Below, piece after piece: positions 46,598 through 59,439 of a DNA stretch of 64,000 nt. Source of the stretch: Zancudomyces culisetae HAW-14-8 (Eukaryota; Fungi; Kickxellomycota); assembly GCA_052426225.1 (NCBI GenBank), contig JBNJNM010000013.1, positions 1,798,001 through 1,862,000 on the forward strand, written 5' to 3'. The translations under genes and the position numbers were made by a program. Under the pieces are notes generated by a model. The model saw nothing but the letters and a program-made list of their open reading frames with translations, searched no databases and was not told where the DNA came from. Position 1 is the first letter of the stretch. Each line of letters begins with the position of its first letter.

Positions 46598-47014
46598 GTG
46601 CTTTTCTGTTTAACAGGGAGCTTGTATTTACAAACTAAATTGTTTATGATTTTTAAAGCTATCCATCAAGATGATAATCTTGAAACTTTAATAAACCAGT
46701 AAAATACACGTAGCTTGATATTTGCTGTTTGTAGAGCATAAATAATCACACAAAAAATATTTTAAATTGTGAAAATGATATTAAAAACTGCATAGATACT
46801 AAGAGAGGACAGGCTACAAGCCAAACATATTAATTATAAGCTAAGGAATAGAAAAGAAAAAACAGAGAATAGAGAGGGAGGATACCAAGTATGATAGTAC
46901 TGTTATTTTATTTAAAGTTTATGTTGTTCAATAATATTACTATTAGAAAAAATTAAGATCTAAAGAGTGCATCTAACACATTATTTAAAAGGGTAAAGAT
47001 CTAAAACCTAGAAC

Positions 47015-47527
47015 TTAGGTTCTTACAACCATGAGCCAAGCAAATGAGACAGCTCTTCCTCCTACAACTTTGGGTATATTTCTGATGGTCTTAGATGATG
47101 ATCTACGGACCACTTGGCATCTACCGGTACAGTCCTTTCCTCCACAGACCATAATAACTCCCATTCCTGGTTTGTTCAACCCGCTCTTTCTTCCAAGCTT
47201 GATTGATCCAAACTTTCTTGTGTTGTAGCACTTTCCAAGCCTGATATTGCGCTTAGCATATCTTCTACTAAATTTGGGAGACTTGTACAACCTAACAGTT
47301 GTTTTAATACATTTACAGTGACGATGGTGACACATATCATTGAACGCAGAACCAGTAATCTTGTTGTATTTAGAACCAGCGATATTATTTAATTGAGAAC
47401 CAGCAATCTTGTTGTTTTTAGGACTAGCAATATTATTGTTATGATTCTGTTCGGAATTGCGGATGTTCACCACACTGGCCAAAGTAGAACTGAGAAGCAA
47501 GGCACTGACTAAGATTGACTTGAGCAT
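47015..47527 (-). CDS. Small secreted, strongly basic, Cys-containing protein, 170 aa
   Basis: Signal peptide MLKSILVSALLLSSTLA; four imperfect 8-aa repeats (NNIASPKN, NKIAGSQL, NNIAGSKY, NKITGSAF); K/R-rich C-terminal domain with 7 Cys; upstream TATA-like elements. Confidence 0.8.
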   Translation of the reverse strand: MLKSILVSALLLSSTLASVVNIRNSEQNHNNNIASPKNNKIAGSQLNNIAGSKYNKITGSAFNDMCHHRHCKCIKTTVRLYKSPKFSRRYAKRNIRLGKCYNTRKFGSIKLGRKSGLNKPGMGVIMVCGGKDCTGRCQVVRRSSSKTIRNIPKVVGGRAVSFAWLMVVRT

Positions 47528-48480
47528 TTTGGCTACTGTTTTTGCTTTGGTTTATTTGTTTTTTTTTTCTCTGTTGAAATGATGTTGTTTGTGAGTGATG
47601 CTTTTTTTTATAAACTGGATGAAAAAAAAACCTAACCCTTATATACTTTTGAAAAGGGTGAAGGGAATGGTTTGGAGTTATTAGCATATTTTAGTTTAAA
47701 AAAAAACAACAGAATAAATATATCGAGTATCCAGACTATTGTTGATAATTGAATACTTTCTTGAATAGAATGATACCACACAACATAAATATAAAATATG
47801 GGGATATGGTACAACTGAAAGATCATAATTTGCATGAAGCCAGACCAGCATTAATGAACTTAAAAGTCAATGTGGCATCTTGTACAAATAACAAAAGTGT
47901 ATTTTGCTGTATTGGAGAACACATATTCTACATTAATAACATCTAGTATTCTCTTATATAAAAAGAACAGGGTTATATTTATTACTGGAAAACAAAGCCG
48001 GGCTAGTTCGTATTCAATTTAGAAGAAAAGTAAGTCTTGGTAGTTTATGAAAACATTGCGAGATTCTGGTAGAGTCTCTTATTTCCCGTTTCACTTTTGT
48101 GTGGTGTGTGTGGGAATATATCTACTGTGGAAGTTAATTCTATTATATTGGAATCAGAACCAAAATGCTCCAAAGAACTTTGAACACTGGTATTTTTATT
48201 TAGTCTCTTTTATTTCCCTTTCAAGCACTTTTGGATAATTGCTATTTATTAAGAACTATTGGATGCTATAATATTATTTATTCGATCTGGAACGCACCAT
48301 TTTACCTTTATTTTATTTTCGGTATTTGTAGGATGCAGTACATCCTGAGTATATAGTGGGTACAAAATATTAACATCGTGGGGTTTTTACTAATTTGGCA
48401 AGTCGAGGCTTAGAAATGTTTATAGCCACAGCGTATTAAAAAGCTTGGAAAGGGGGTTTGGAAGAGAAGAGAAGAGAGGG

Positions 48481-48506
48481 TGTGTGTGTGGGGGGGGGGG
48501 GGGGGG
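48481..48506. repeat. (TG)5 followed by a G17 homopolymer
   Basis: Read directly. Confidence 0.9.
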
Positions 48507-49264
48507 TATTGATGATAAAAACAAAAAAAAGGCGAGTGTAAATGTTGATTTGTAAGATGATGAATTTGCAGTATGTTGCTCTTTTCAATGTCATTGTATT
48601 ATGTTATATTATACTATATTTAACTTTTTTTTTTGGCTACACTTTGGGGCAGTAGTTTGAGGATAGAGAATGGGATGTTAAATGGATATGCATCTTTTTC
48701 TTTTTCAGGTGCAGAATATCTGTCTAAGCGGCTGGTTAAAAAATAATGACGCAAAAGTTGTTATATGTGTCTATTCAGCAATAATGATTCTTTTACAAAA
48801 TTACGCGTAACACTAGTAGCAATATCATATCAAGTGTATACGATGACTGTATCAAGATTATTATATGTTCAATAAAGCATACTATCAAATTGGATCCATG
48901 TACTCTGGTGATATTATTAGAAAATGAAGATATCAACTCTCAAGTTATAGTAGAAAATAAACTTTGGTACTGTGAAACACGGGCACACAGTAAAGTGACT
49001 TTCTTACTGTAAAACGAAATAGTACGAGTTGTAAGAAAAAGTTATTGTTACGAAATTTTATTTACTTTTTTAATTTATTTATTATTGCTATTATTTTTGA
49101 CTTGAAATCCATCATTACGAGAAAGAAAAAAGTTCAATTTTGAAAATTGAGGTATTAAACCTTCATTTTAAATGGTTTATTTATTTATCCTTATTTCATT
49201 TTTAAACTTTTTTTAGATTCTAACTTGAGATTGAAAAAAGAAAAAGAGGAAAACAGAAAAGAAA

Positions 49265-49732
49265 ATGTCTAGTAAATACGTGGACCAAATAGATGTAGAG
49301 AACCTAGAAACAGAACAATTGCAGCAAATTGAGGATACGATCACAGAAACAATCGAGAATCTGTTGAACCTAGGCGTGACAATCTACGAATATGTTCCAG
49401 AGAGCGAGATTAAATTGCATGAAAGAGTGTAAGTTTATAGAATAATGATAAAGGTAGAGTACTCAGGGTAACTAAAAACAAGTAAATGATGGTAAATTAG
49501 GGATAAATTGGTTAAAAATTACCAAAAGCTAAATAGCAAAAGTAAAGAAAATGAAGTGGCAAAAATTAACATTCCGGCTGGGGTGTTGGCAAACGTAGAC
49601 GAAAACATCAATCCAAATAGCTACAACCGAGCACAGTTAGAGCGGGCAGCTAGCGAAAACCAATTTACAAACGGGAAGATAAAGGCAGTGCGACAATTTA
49701 GAAAAGAGCTTGGAGAGTTGGTAGGATTATAG
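49265..49732 (+). CDS. MED10: Mediator subunit 10; exons 49265-49428, 49501-49732
   Basis: IENLLNLGVTIYEY, INIPAGVLANVDENINPNSYNR..LE....NQFTNGKI..VRQFR; phase-2 intron GTAAGT..ACTAA..TTAG. Confidence 0.88.
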
Positions 49733-51451
49733 AGAGGAGAGTTGAGAGGCGTCGAGGCCAAGAGCATTTAGAAATAGATTGACGTTGTGGAGGAGTAAGG
49801 GAGCAAGTTGGGGGTCGGACTGGGCCAGACGGATACGGGAGGTGATGGATAGACGAGTGAGGGAGACAAGGTGATGCTGTTGGTCAATGTTTGCAACGAT
49901 GGCGAGACTAGCAAGGAACTGCCAAACCATGGTTTCGTCTGCGTAGAGGTGCAATTTTGAGGAGGCAGAGGAGTTGTTTTTTGAGGAAGAAGAGGAGGTG
50001 GTGGAAGAGAGACCGAAGGAGGCAATTAGAGAGTGCTCAAATGGATCGGTAGAGAGAGAGGAGGAAGGAGAGGGGAGGGAGGAGGGGGCAGGGATGAGAG
50101 AGGGAAGAGAAGGTTTGAGAGAGGAGAAGAGCAGAGCAAACAGCTCGGCAAAGGAGGGGGAGGAGGAAGATAGAAGCAGGTGAGCGCGGCCTAGCAGCAG
50201 AGTAACGATGGCGAGGCCAGGGCGGGTGCGGACGACCCAGCTGATGTCATTGCGGTTCATCAGTAGGGCCAAAAGACCGCAGACAATGTCGATGTCGTCG
50301 GTTTCAGCGAGGCTGAGCGAGACGACAGGAACAACGCTGGCCATAAAGACAGCGCAGGTATCGGCCTTGTGAACATCAAGGGTTTCAAAGTTTGCAACAA
50401 TGGTGGTGACCATAGCCAGCAGCTCGTCGCTGTTGAGCTGGTGTGCAATGCGGCCAACCAGCCGTTTGCCCTTGTCGACACTCAGAATGCGCACAAATGG
50501 ATGGGGATACACATCACTGACGGGCTCTTCAACACCTGTCAGCTGCCACATCTTCTCCTTGCATTTGTTGCGTCGCTCCATTCCGTCTTCTACTCGTTCG
50601 CGACCCTCGACCTCTTCGCGTTGGACTTGTTCCAGCTCTAGCAGCTGTTCATATACATGCTCAACCGCCTGTAATGTCTTGCGTCGTTCTGCCTCTGCCG
50701 TTCTTTTTCCTCCTCCTTTTTTTTGTGTTTCGTTTTCTCCTCCCTCTACCTGTATCAATCTTCGAGGTGTCCGGCTCGACACTAGCGCTATCCTTCCCAG
50801 CGCTCCTTCCTTCCACATTGCTGTTGCTCGCGGCTTCTTTCTCTTTGCCTCGTTGACTATCCTAAACAGTTCTTGTTCTGCTCGGCTCATTCGTCGTCCT
50901 GGCCCTCTGCCACCACCTCTTCCTCCTCCCCGCCCTACTTCCTCCTTTTCAATTGTTTGCCCGGACCGTTGGTACTTCAACACTTTGTACATGTGACTAT
51001 AAAACGTGTCTGCATACGAATCCTCCACCACAAGTTGTGAGATTTGCTGTTTCAACATCCCTTCCTTGTCTTGGCGTGTCATCAGCCCCGCATACTTTTC
51101 TCGCCGGTTCCTTGCCTCCTCTGCTTTCTTTTGCCTCTCCTTCCGCTTCTGCTCTAACCACTCCTGCCTCTTATCCTGTTCCACTTGAAATCTCGCCTCT
51201 GCCTGCATCTGCGCCTCGATTTCTTCCACTGTCAGCATCTGCGCCTCTTGCCTAAATTCGCCTCTTCTTGCATTGCTAGGCCCTTCATTAAACCCTAGCC
51301 CGAAGAATCCCCCTTGTGCTTCTCTTCTTTCGGCCGGATTGGTGCTTGCGAAAAAATCATAGTCCTTTCCAATGTCCGCCGCTGTCATTCCAAAGGTTAT
51401 TGAATTCATCTCCTCCTCCAATTCATCTATTTCTCGCTGTTTGTAATTCAT
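49727..51451 (-). CDS. PAT1: mRNA decapping activator Pat1, compact 574 aa
   Basis: EEMNSITFG and DYDFF N-terminal motifs, LTVEEIEA, KYAGLMTRQDK, QISQLV.ED.Y..TFY, EGALGRI....RTPR, HPFVRILSVDKGKRLV, VWQFLASLA, NVNLFLNALGLD. Confidence 0.95.
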   Translation of the reverse strand: MNYKQREIDELEEEMNSITFGMTAADIGKDYDFFASTNPAERREAQGGFFGLGFNEGPSNARRGEFRQEAQMLTVEEIEAQMQAEARFQVEQDKRQEWLEQKRKERQKKAEEARNRREKYAGLMTRQDKEGMLKQQISQLVVEDSYADTFYSHMYKVLKYQRSGQTIEKEEVGRGGGRGGGRGPGRRMSRAEQELFRIVNEAKRKKPRATAMWKEGALGRIALVSSRTPRRLIQVEGGENETQKKGGGKRTAEAERRKTLQAVEHVYEQLLELEQVQREEVEGRERVEDGMERRNKCKEKMWQLTGVEEPVSDVYPHPFVRILSVDKGKRLVGRIAHQLNSDELLAMVTTIVANFETLDVHKADTCAVFMASVVPVVSLSLAETDDIDIVCGLLALLMNRNDISWVVRTRPGLAIVTLLLGRAHLLLSSSSPSFAELFALLFSSLKPSLPSLIPAPSSLPSPSSSLSTDPFEHSLIASFGLSSTTSSSSSKNNSSASSKLHLYADETMVWQFLASLAIVANIDQQHHLVSLTRLSITSRIRLAQSDPQLAPLLLHNVNLFLNALGLDASQLSSL

Positions 51452-53043
51452 CTTTTCTGTATTACCTATTACTTTTCTTTATTTTGATGTTGATTATCTT
51501 TAAAATATTTGAAAACAAATATCACTTTTTTCCTTTGTCCCTCATTTTTCTTTGCTCTCTTACGCAATGACAAATTAATTTCCTCATCTGGTCTCCAAAA
51601 TAAAATTTTTTCTTACATTTTGAATTTGTACGTGTCGGAATTTGCTTTACCTATCAAAAGCTCTCCCAATTTCTGCCTTCCCTCCATTTAAATTAAATCA
51701 CGTGAAATAGCGTATATGGCAAAAAAAGACTTTATCCATACAACATTATTTAACATGACAAGGAAAAGCTTTCATTTAACTCATCTTACCCCTTCTACAA
51801 AACGATATTGGAAGGAGGAGGAGAAGGAGGAAGAGAAAAAAAAGAATTGAGTTATTATTGTTACTTATGGAAAAAGGAACTTGTACTATATACATGGATT
51901 AGGTCACGAAATATTTCAGCATATCTTTTCCGCTTTGTAACTTTTTTTTGTTCAGACAAAGGAGGGTCAAAGTTAATAAACACTTTGAAGTTATGAAGTA
52001 AAAATAATATGAACACAAGATATGCACAGGGTCAAAAAATCAAAAAAGTGGTAATAGTGATGGATGATGATGACTATGCTTGGTGGTGTTTGGTAGTTGA
52101 TAGCATCAAGTAATGAAAAAACTAAAATAAATATGTGATTATCAAATTGGTTCATATACCAACAAAACCATGTACAATCCTAAAACCTACAGTTTTACAA
52201 GGTATTATTTGTAAAAACTTGGGCGTTCATAGATACCGAGGTGGACATTACAACTCCATTTTTCCACTATTTACTATCTACCGTTTACAATAATTTTCAA
52301 AATCCTAGTGTTTCAGTGTTTATTCTTTAGGTTGAATTTTTGTATCGAAATTAACCATATAACGGAAATACATTTGGGTTGAGTATGAAATTCAGGGGGG
52401 GGAGGCGGGGAAGACTCCCTCTTCCTCCCACCACCACCGCCACTACCAGGAATTAGTTTCTCTATGAGTATTTATCACATTTCCGCACTCTCACCTCAGC
52501 TTGTTACCAAAATAAAAAAGTGCAAGTTGTTTTTTATTAGATACATTTATTTTATAGCTAATGTTTTAATTCTATATTTTTTCTTGGTTTTTATATCTAC
52601 TTGAGCAGTATTTATCACTTTTACAATTTATTTGATTATACTAATTTTGCTATCACTAAAAATAAAAAATGGTTTTTAAAAATGATAAAAAAAATTTTTT
52701 TTATATTTTATACTATCTTTAATAAAACCTCCGCCGTAAAACTACAAAAATAACTGCAAAATAATAATAACAATAAAAACATTTAATATTTGCACCAACA
52801 ATTCCCGCAAAATAAGCTAAAATAAATTTCAGATTGTTGATTAAAAAAAAAAAGCAACTCTGCCCCTCCCCCACCCCCAATCCATTACACACCACACAAA
52901 TTTAATCAATCAATTCTTTTTTTTTTCCTCTCTCTCTCTTCCCCCCATTTTAATACCACCAATTTATTTTTTTCTGTTTTGTATATCTACAACAAAAGAA
53001 AGAAAGAAAGAAAAAAAAACAAATTAGAATCAAATAAAACAAA

Positions 53044-53715
53044 ATGGTCTTTTCTCCTGTGATCCGCCAAGTCTCCACAAAGAGACTGCTTAGCTCAATC
53101 TCGGTTGCCCCACGACTCGTCGTTCCTACTTCCCGCTCATTCAGCTCCACATTGTTTGGCCTTTCAAAGCCAAAGACATCCCGTTTGCCAACTACATCCT
53201 ACACAAATTTCAACTTGAGCAACGTTCGTCTCTATTCCGGTGGTGGTGCCCTAACCCGAGATGACATTAGAGATAGAATCTTTGCGGTCTTGAAGGATTT
53301 TGACAAAGTCAAGCAAGAAAATGTAAGTTTTCTTTTATTTTTATTTTTCTCTCTCAGATTTCATTTTTAAAATCTATCATTCCAATCCAATATAATCCAA
53401 TCTATATGCACTTTATTACATCATGTGTTCGTTATACAAATGGAAGAAAGAAAAAAAATAAAAGGACGAGAGAAACGCTAACTCTGCGTTCAATTCCAAC
53501 CAAACTGATGTGATCTAAACGTAATTCAAATATACTAGATTTCCGAAACCGCCGAATTCACAAAGGATCTGGGCTTGGACAGCTTGGACACTGTCGAAGT
53601 TGTTATGGCCATTGAAGAGGAATTCTCTGTTGAAATTCCAGACGACGATGCCGATGCTATCAACACTGTGCAAAAAGCCATCGATTACATTGTCTCCTGC
53701 GAAGGAGCCTGTTAA
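53044..53715 (+). CDS. ACP1: Mitochondrial acyl carrier protein; exons 53044-53322, 53539-53715
   Basis: Presequence followed by [26 protein letters not shown], which contains the phosphopantetheine Ser. Confidence 0.97.
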
Positions 53716-54388
53716 ACTTTTTTTTCTATTATTTCAGTCAATTTAGTTATTGTCTTTTAATACTTTTCTTTTTCTGAACTGTAATAAAATACAAACATTA
53801 CTATTCATTACACACTTATGCTAAGACGCCATCACACCTTGTTATTAGTAGTTCAATGGTATACAGTGATGTACTTCCCCTCCATCCTTCCATCCTTCCA
53901 TCCTTCCCACTCCCTCTTTTTTTTCTAAAACTTGATAAACAAAAAACAAAAACTGCTACTCCCCCCCCATCACCCAGTGTAGTTTTCAAATCATTCTACT
54001 AGTTCGATTCTGATATCGCAAATCACAGACATGAGCATAAGTGGTTGTGAATTGTTGTTTAGAATTATTCTCTTTCTTTTGTACAACTTCTAAATATACT
54101 GGCTAAATACACAGGACATGCCCCAGTAGAAAAGAAAAATCAGATTGGCTAAATAACCAAAAGGAAGAAAAAAACAAGATGCCTATCCACAGCCATTCGG
54201 TATTGACACACACACACACACACACACAAGAATGCACTCGTCGAGTAATCGAAGATGTAATTAAATATATAATCACTGTTAATGAAAAATTTATAGCCAA
54301 GCAGGGACATCCAACGTTACCATCCACACTCTATTCTTATGTAAATGTGCTAGATAAAAAAGAAGCCATCCCTACTTTTACAAAGAGC

Positions 54389-56429
54389 CTACAGGGGCCA
54401 GTCGTTTTCTATATCCCAATTGTTTCTTCGCTTGCTTTTATCTCTGCTCACCGTATTATTTAGTCGCTTTTCATAATTGCTATTCTCGTTGCAGCTCAAA
54501 AACAAAGAACCTCGAATACCAAAATTACCCGCACCTGGTTTGGTGGTAGCCCCAGTTCCTAAACCCATTTGCCCAGCAAACGTATCTTCAACAAGGATTC
54601 GAGAATGTCTGTTAATTGGGCTAGTATTGTATTCCCCAAAACCTTCGCCGCTTTTAGGCACAACAATCTCACCACTCTTTCCTCTCCCATGATCACCACT
54701 ACCACCACCGCCACTACTACTACTCTTGCTGTTGTTAGCAACACAATTTTTGGGAGAATCGCTAGGTGGATACTTGAGCAACCGTTTGCTATACAAACCT
54801 CTCTTTCCACATGGTGATGCTAGTGAATATCTTTCGCCCTTTCCGTAATTCAAAAGCAAGCTTTCAATCCCATTTCCGGTGTTGGCACTGTTGTTATTAT
54901 CGCCATCAACATCATCCAGCTTACTATAAAAATGATGTCCACCTGGCTTTTTTGAAGGCTGTGGAGTGTTCATTAGCTTTTTCACCGTTTTCATCAACGA
55001 ATTACCAGTGTTGGCTCTACGATCTATTCCACCTTCACGACCATTTTGAGGTTGGTATTTTGGAAATGGATCCAGCTTTAAATAAGTTACTTTTCTGGAC
55101 TTTCTGGCGCTTGAAAGCAAATCTAAAATATCTGGCTGAAGCTTACCCAAGCCTTTGTCGCTTTTTTCTTCTTCCTTTTCACCATCGTTGTTGGCTCTTT
55201 TCTCACCATTACCTTCGTTTTCACTCTTCTATTTTAGTTTGTCAAAAAATCTAAATAAACAACCACATCACTAAGGTTTATTGTCATTTGTCGCAAAAAG
55301 CAAAAAACACATCATAACTCTGTATTTAGCTGTATATATCACCTTTTTTTTATTCTGTTCCAGCTCCACTTCCATGCTATTATCGGTAATTTTTGGCTCC
55401 GCTATTATTTTTTCAAGTTGATAAATCACTATTTATATTAAAAAAACGGGGGTATACCCACACTATGATATTTAAAATAAGAATTTTTCTTACCATCGGC
55501 TTCCTGTATTATAGATAGATCCTCAAATAATCGCGTGCCTGGAATCTTGAGTCTTTTACCTCTCCATTCAACCGCATTGCAACTATTCTTCTTTTCCTCC
55601 TTATTTTTTTTTGATATTCTTGTCCTGTCGTCCTCAAAACCTTCCTCTATTGGTTTTAGCGTTTATTTATAAGCGACTTTGTAATAAACATGCCCCCCCC
55701 ATACCACCTTCTTTCTTTGCTCCAAAACCACACATATACTACAATTTACCTTCTCCACCACCACTCCTCACTGGAGGGAAAGAGAGGTCACTTCCTGACA
55801 CCTTTGTAATATCACCCCCCCCCGTATTATCTTTCCAGCTTCTTACCTAAAACAAGCCTGTTATTATCTGCCTTCAGTTCCTTTAAGTTATCATCGTATT
55901 GTGCTTCCAAGTTTCTATTCTCCCTAAAACATGAGCTTTTAAATTTGCTACCAACAGCGCTCTTGCATCTTTTCTCTTTTCGATTTCCAAACCCATTGTG
56001 ATAAACGCTTGGAATGGGATCTCTTAGAATTACATCCATTTTCGTTCGTTTCACGTATCGTCTACCTCCTAAAATATTAAAAACAACATTTTATATTGTG
56101 GCTTTATACCTTTTAGCTATTTTCAATATATCACTCTCTTCTTCTTCCCCCATCCTTTCGTTTTTCAAGATGCTAAAATAAAATGATTGTAAAAATTCAC
56201 CTCGATTTTCAACATTTGAGACCCTTTGTTCCCTAGGATTGCAGCTGTTGTAGATGCAAATATTTCGTTTTAACGTATGCTTGACATTCCTAAGTCTTTC
56301 TGACAGAGATTTATATAATGCCTCGATTTTCTCTTGTTGATATTCCTGTTCTTTTTGGCAATTGCTATCGCTGCTTACTATTTTAAGTGGAGCTAATACT
56401 TTTATCCTTTTGCGTTCCCTTTGAACCAT
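54389..56429 (-). pseudogene. Fragmented, coding-like K/R/E/N-rich region (degraded or multi-exon orphan gene)
   Basis: Successive minus-strand ORFs of 112, 75 and 253 aa with purine-rich coding-like composition and splice-like signals (GTAAGA near 55493, TTTAG near 55251), but with stops and frame changes between them; no family recognised. Confidence 0.35.
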
Positions 56430-57825
56430 TTTCCTGTTTCCCGTACTTCTTTTTCAGATTTCTTTCTATTTACCAGAGAGATTGTATGTATCGTGGTTTT
56501 CTGACCTTTAGTAATATATACTTATCATTTGAAAACAAGATTATTTCAGCTATTATTTTTCTAGCAAACCGTTTTTTTATTTTTCCGCAAAAACACTGGA
56601 TTTTGCGAATTAATGTTAGCTTTAATGTGTTCACAGTAAACTTCTTCCTGCTTTTTCGTGTATGTAGCTATTTTTATTCGCCAGATTTTTTGTTTCAATT
56701 GTTTCGATACTCACTACCATTGGTAGATTATGTAGTACTAGAATTTAGCTGTTTATTTTCACCAAAAATATGGCCTTTCAGGTTAACTTGAGTAGCGAAT
56801 CAGAGTCACAGATATGCGGGTTTAATGCTCAACCCAAGAGTAAAGCATTTCAAACATCACCACCCCCTTTCATCTCCCGTCTTTGAACATACCGCGCAGT
56901 CTTTGAATGGTACATTTATACTTTATTACTCTCTCGATAAGAAAATAAACTGAAAAGACTGCTATATTATCTTGATTGAGAGTAAAACCGGAAAATGTAA
57001 TTGACGACAGTGCACATTAATTTGGGCTAATCAGCATCTTTATGATAGGATGACCGCTAAAACTTTGATAGTCTTGTTTTTGCTGTGTAGAATTAATTGT
57101 GAGTACTCTAGTTAATGTAAAAAAAATCTGGCGGTATGTTTTTGTGTCATTTTGGACTGAACTGTATTTTAGTGTGTTGGTAACCGAATAGTCATGCTCA
57201 CTAGCCCCCTTAACTAGAAACTTAAATGATTAATGTATAACTGAAACGATATAAACACCAAAGTATCACACACCATACGTGCTCTTTTATTTTTGGGCAA
57301 AAACTTTTCACTCATATCCTATGTGTATGTATGTAGAAGAATAAGAGAGAGGGAGAGGTCGGCAGAAAGATGCAATCAAACAAAGAACGTTATAGTGTCT
57401 ATCTCTTGGTTATTTTAGCTCACATTTGGTTGCTTTATATATACGTACATATATAACAAAAGTACCCACATTTATGAACAGAGCTAAATTATCGGTACTT
57501 GCTTCTCCCATTACAATATATCCTTAACTTTTGGCTCTAAACCTCCTAAAACAAACTGCAAAAAGAAAAAAATAAACTGATGATATTTTTTCACCTGTGA
57601 TAATAATCGTATTAAATGAATGTTGGGATCAGTTGGGGGAAAAATTTTTTTGGGTTCAAAAATTAACCAAAACAAAACAAATAACAAACTTGTTTACCAA
57701 GCCTTTTGTAGTACATTAGTGAGTATACATTTCAAAGTCATGAAATATATTTTGGGATATAGGGTAATAAGAAAATAGAGCGAAGATTTTACAACACACC
57801 TACTCAATCTACTTGTTAGCACACA

Positions 57826-58092
57826 ATGAACATACAAAAATCAGGCTTTAATAGGCTTTACAAACATAGTCTAAATAGATTCAGATTTTCCAGATCCTAC
57901 TCACAACAACAAGAGGTCCAAAGTTACGGTATCTTTCGGGCCTTTGGAAAGCCGGTTGCCACATTGTTTTTATGGAGCTCACTTTCATACTTTTCACTTA
58001 AGTTGCTCTGGTCTGAGCTTTATTTGCGGCAGGTTAAAAGAGAATACTACAATCTTTTGAATGAGAACAAAACCGATACAGATAGCCAGTAG
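57826..58092 (+). CDS. Small mitochondrial inner-membrane protein, Ina17-like, 88 aa
   Basis: Presequence ending FSRSYS; single TM FGKPVATLFLWSSLSYFSLKLLW followed by a short coiled coil. Confidence 0.6.
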   Translation: MNIQKSGFNRLYKHSLNRFRFSRSYSQQQEVQSYGIFRAFGKPVATLFLWSSLSYFSLKLLWSELYLRQVKREYYNLLNENKTDTDSQ

Positions 58093-58452
58093 AACGAAAT
58101 GAAGAATCAAATAAATGGGCGCATCTTACTCTAAAGTTTTGCGAAATAAGTTTCTCATTCCCACAAGGGGGAGGGGGTCGGATATAGGCACAAATAAATA
58201 GTCCAGGAATGTATATACTGGTTCACTATAGATTGTATTTGTGTAGATAGACAGGATGTAACCTTGTCATCGTAGATTGTTACTACTATATTTCTAGAAA
58301 TTTTCTTTTATTTCTTTTGGGCTATTTTAAAATTAATACTTTGGATAGCATTACATGTGTTTCATCTAGCAATACATATACGACGAAAAAAGTATTCACA
58401 ATACACCCTTTTGATGATTATTTCCATCTTCCTCTTGGTTAGAAGTGAAGCA

Positions 58453-58468
58453 GGGGGGGGGGGGGGGG
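58453..58468. repeat. G16 homopolymer
   Basis: Read directly. Confidence 0.9.
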
Positions 58469-58856
58469 TCCATAATCAAGATCCTGGCTTTGTTTTGCGG
58501 TTATCACTGGTCTAATTTCAAGTATTCATCAAGTGTATTTTTGTTTTATGCTTATAAGCTATAATAAAACGTAGAAAAAGTTGCTGACTGCATTGGAGTG
58601 AAATGCAGGTTTAATATTATTATTATTATTACTAAAAGCCAAAGTTGCTACAATTTTCTGCCAAAAACAAAGCGAAGAGTATAGTTAAATAACGAAATCA
58701 TGTCAAACTTATTGAGAGATTAAAAGACAAGTGCAGTTTCGCGATTACAAGTATTTAAAAACGTAAACTCTAAGTTATAGTAGATATTACAGGGGATGCA
58801 TGGGGGTTCACAGTACACATAACAGAATAAAAAAGTAGAGTAAAAAACAAGGTGAA

Positions 58857-59439
58857 TCAGTAGTTTTCAAAGAAATACGCAAAGAACTCCCCTGCCTTTT
58901 CAAACTCTTCTCTGGTGGTTTTAAACTCATTTGCAGCCAATCCCAGCAGTTGTGACTCGGGCACTTTTGTGCCTGAGTCCCTATTATACTTTCCTATTTG
59001 ATTAAGTCTTTCGCAGCTATCTTTTACTCTTTTGAGGCCCAAAGATGCTGAGCTCCCCTTCAAAAAGTGCCCAAGTTTTGATATTCCAGGAAGATCCCCC
59101 TCTTGGCTATTATAAGTGTAAAAAATATTGTAAATCAAAAAAATTATACTTGTCCACAAATAGCCCAGCCTTGTTAAAATTTAGCGATATTTCAAAGCAT
59201 GTCCCTAGCAAGCGCTAAAAATTGCAGTGTTTCTATATATAACCCCCCCCCCACCCTTTAATCGGAAAAGAATCAGACACTTACATACAAGATCTAATCT
59301 CCTCAAATGTTCTTTCGGCTTGCTGTAAATAATTGAGTACCACGCCTTTTAAAAATTCGTGATCTTCATCGTCCACTGACAGTAATTGATTGAAAATTTC
59401 GTAATCTAAAATATCATCTGCTTCCTGATCATCGCTCAT
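58857..59439 (-). CDS. YPD1: Histidine phosphotransfer (HPt) protein Ypd1; exons 59439-59285, 59106-58857
   Basis: ILDYEIFNQLLSVDDEDHEF...YLQQAERTF and LGHFLKGSSASLGL (phospho-His); phase-2 intron GTAAGT..ATAG. Confidence 0.95.

Noticed and set aside
34003-59439. Stress-signalling cluster (SH3 sensor, YAP1, YPD1) or RNA-decay cluster (TUTase, PAT1)
   Set aside because: The genes are 7-45 kb apart and interleaved with unrelated housekeeping genes; there is no evidence of co-regulation without synteny data.
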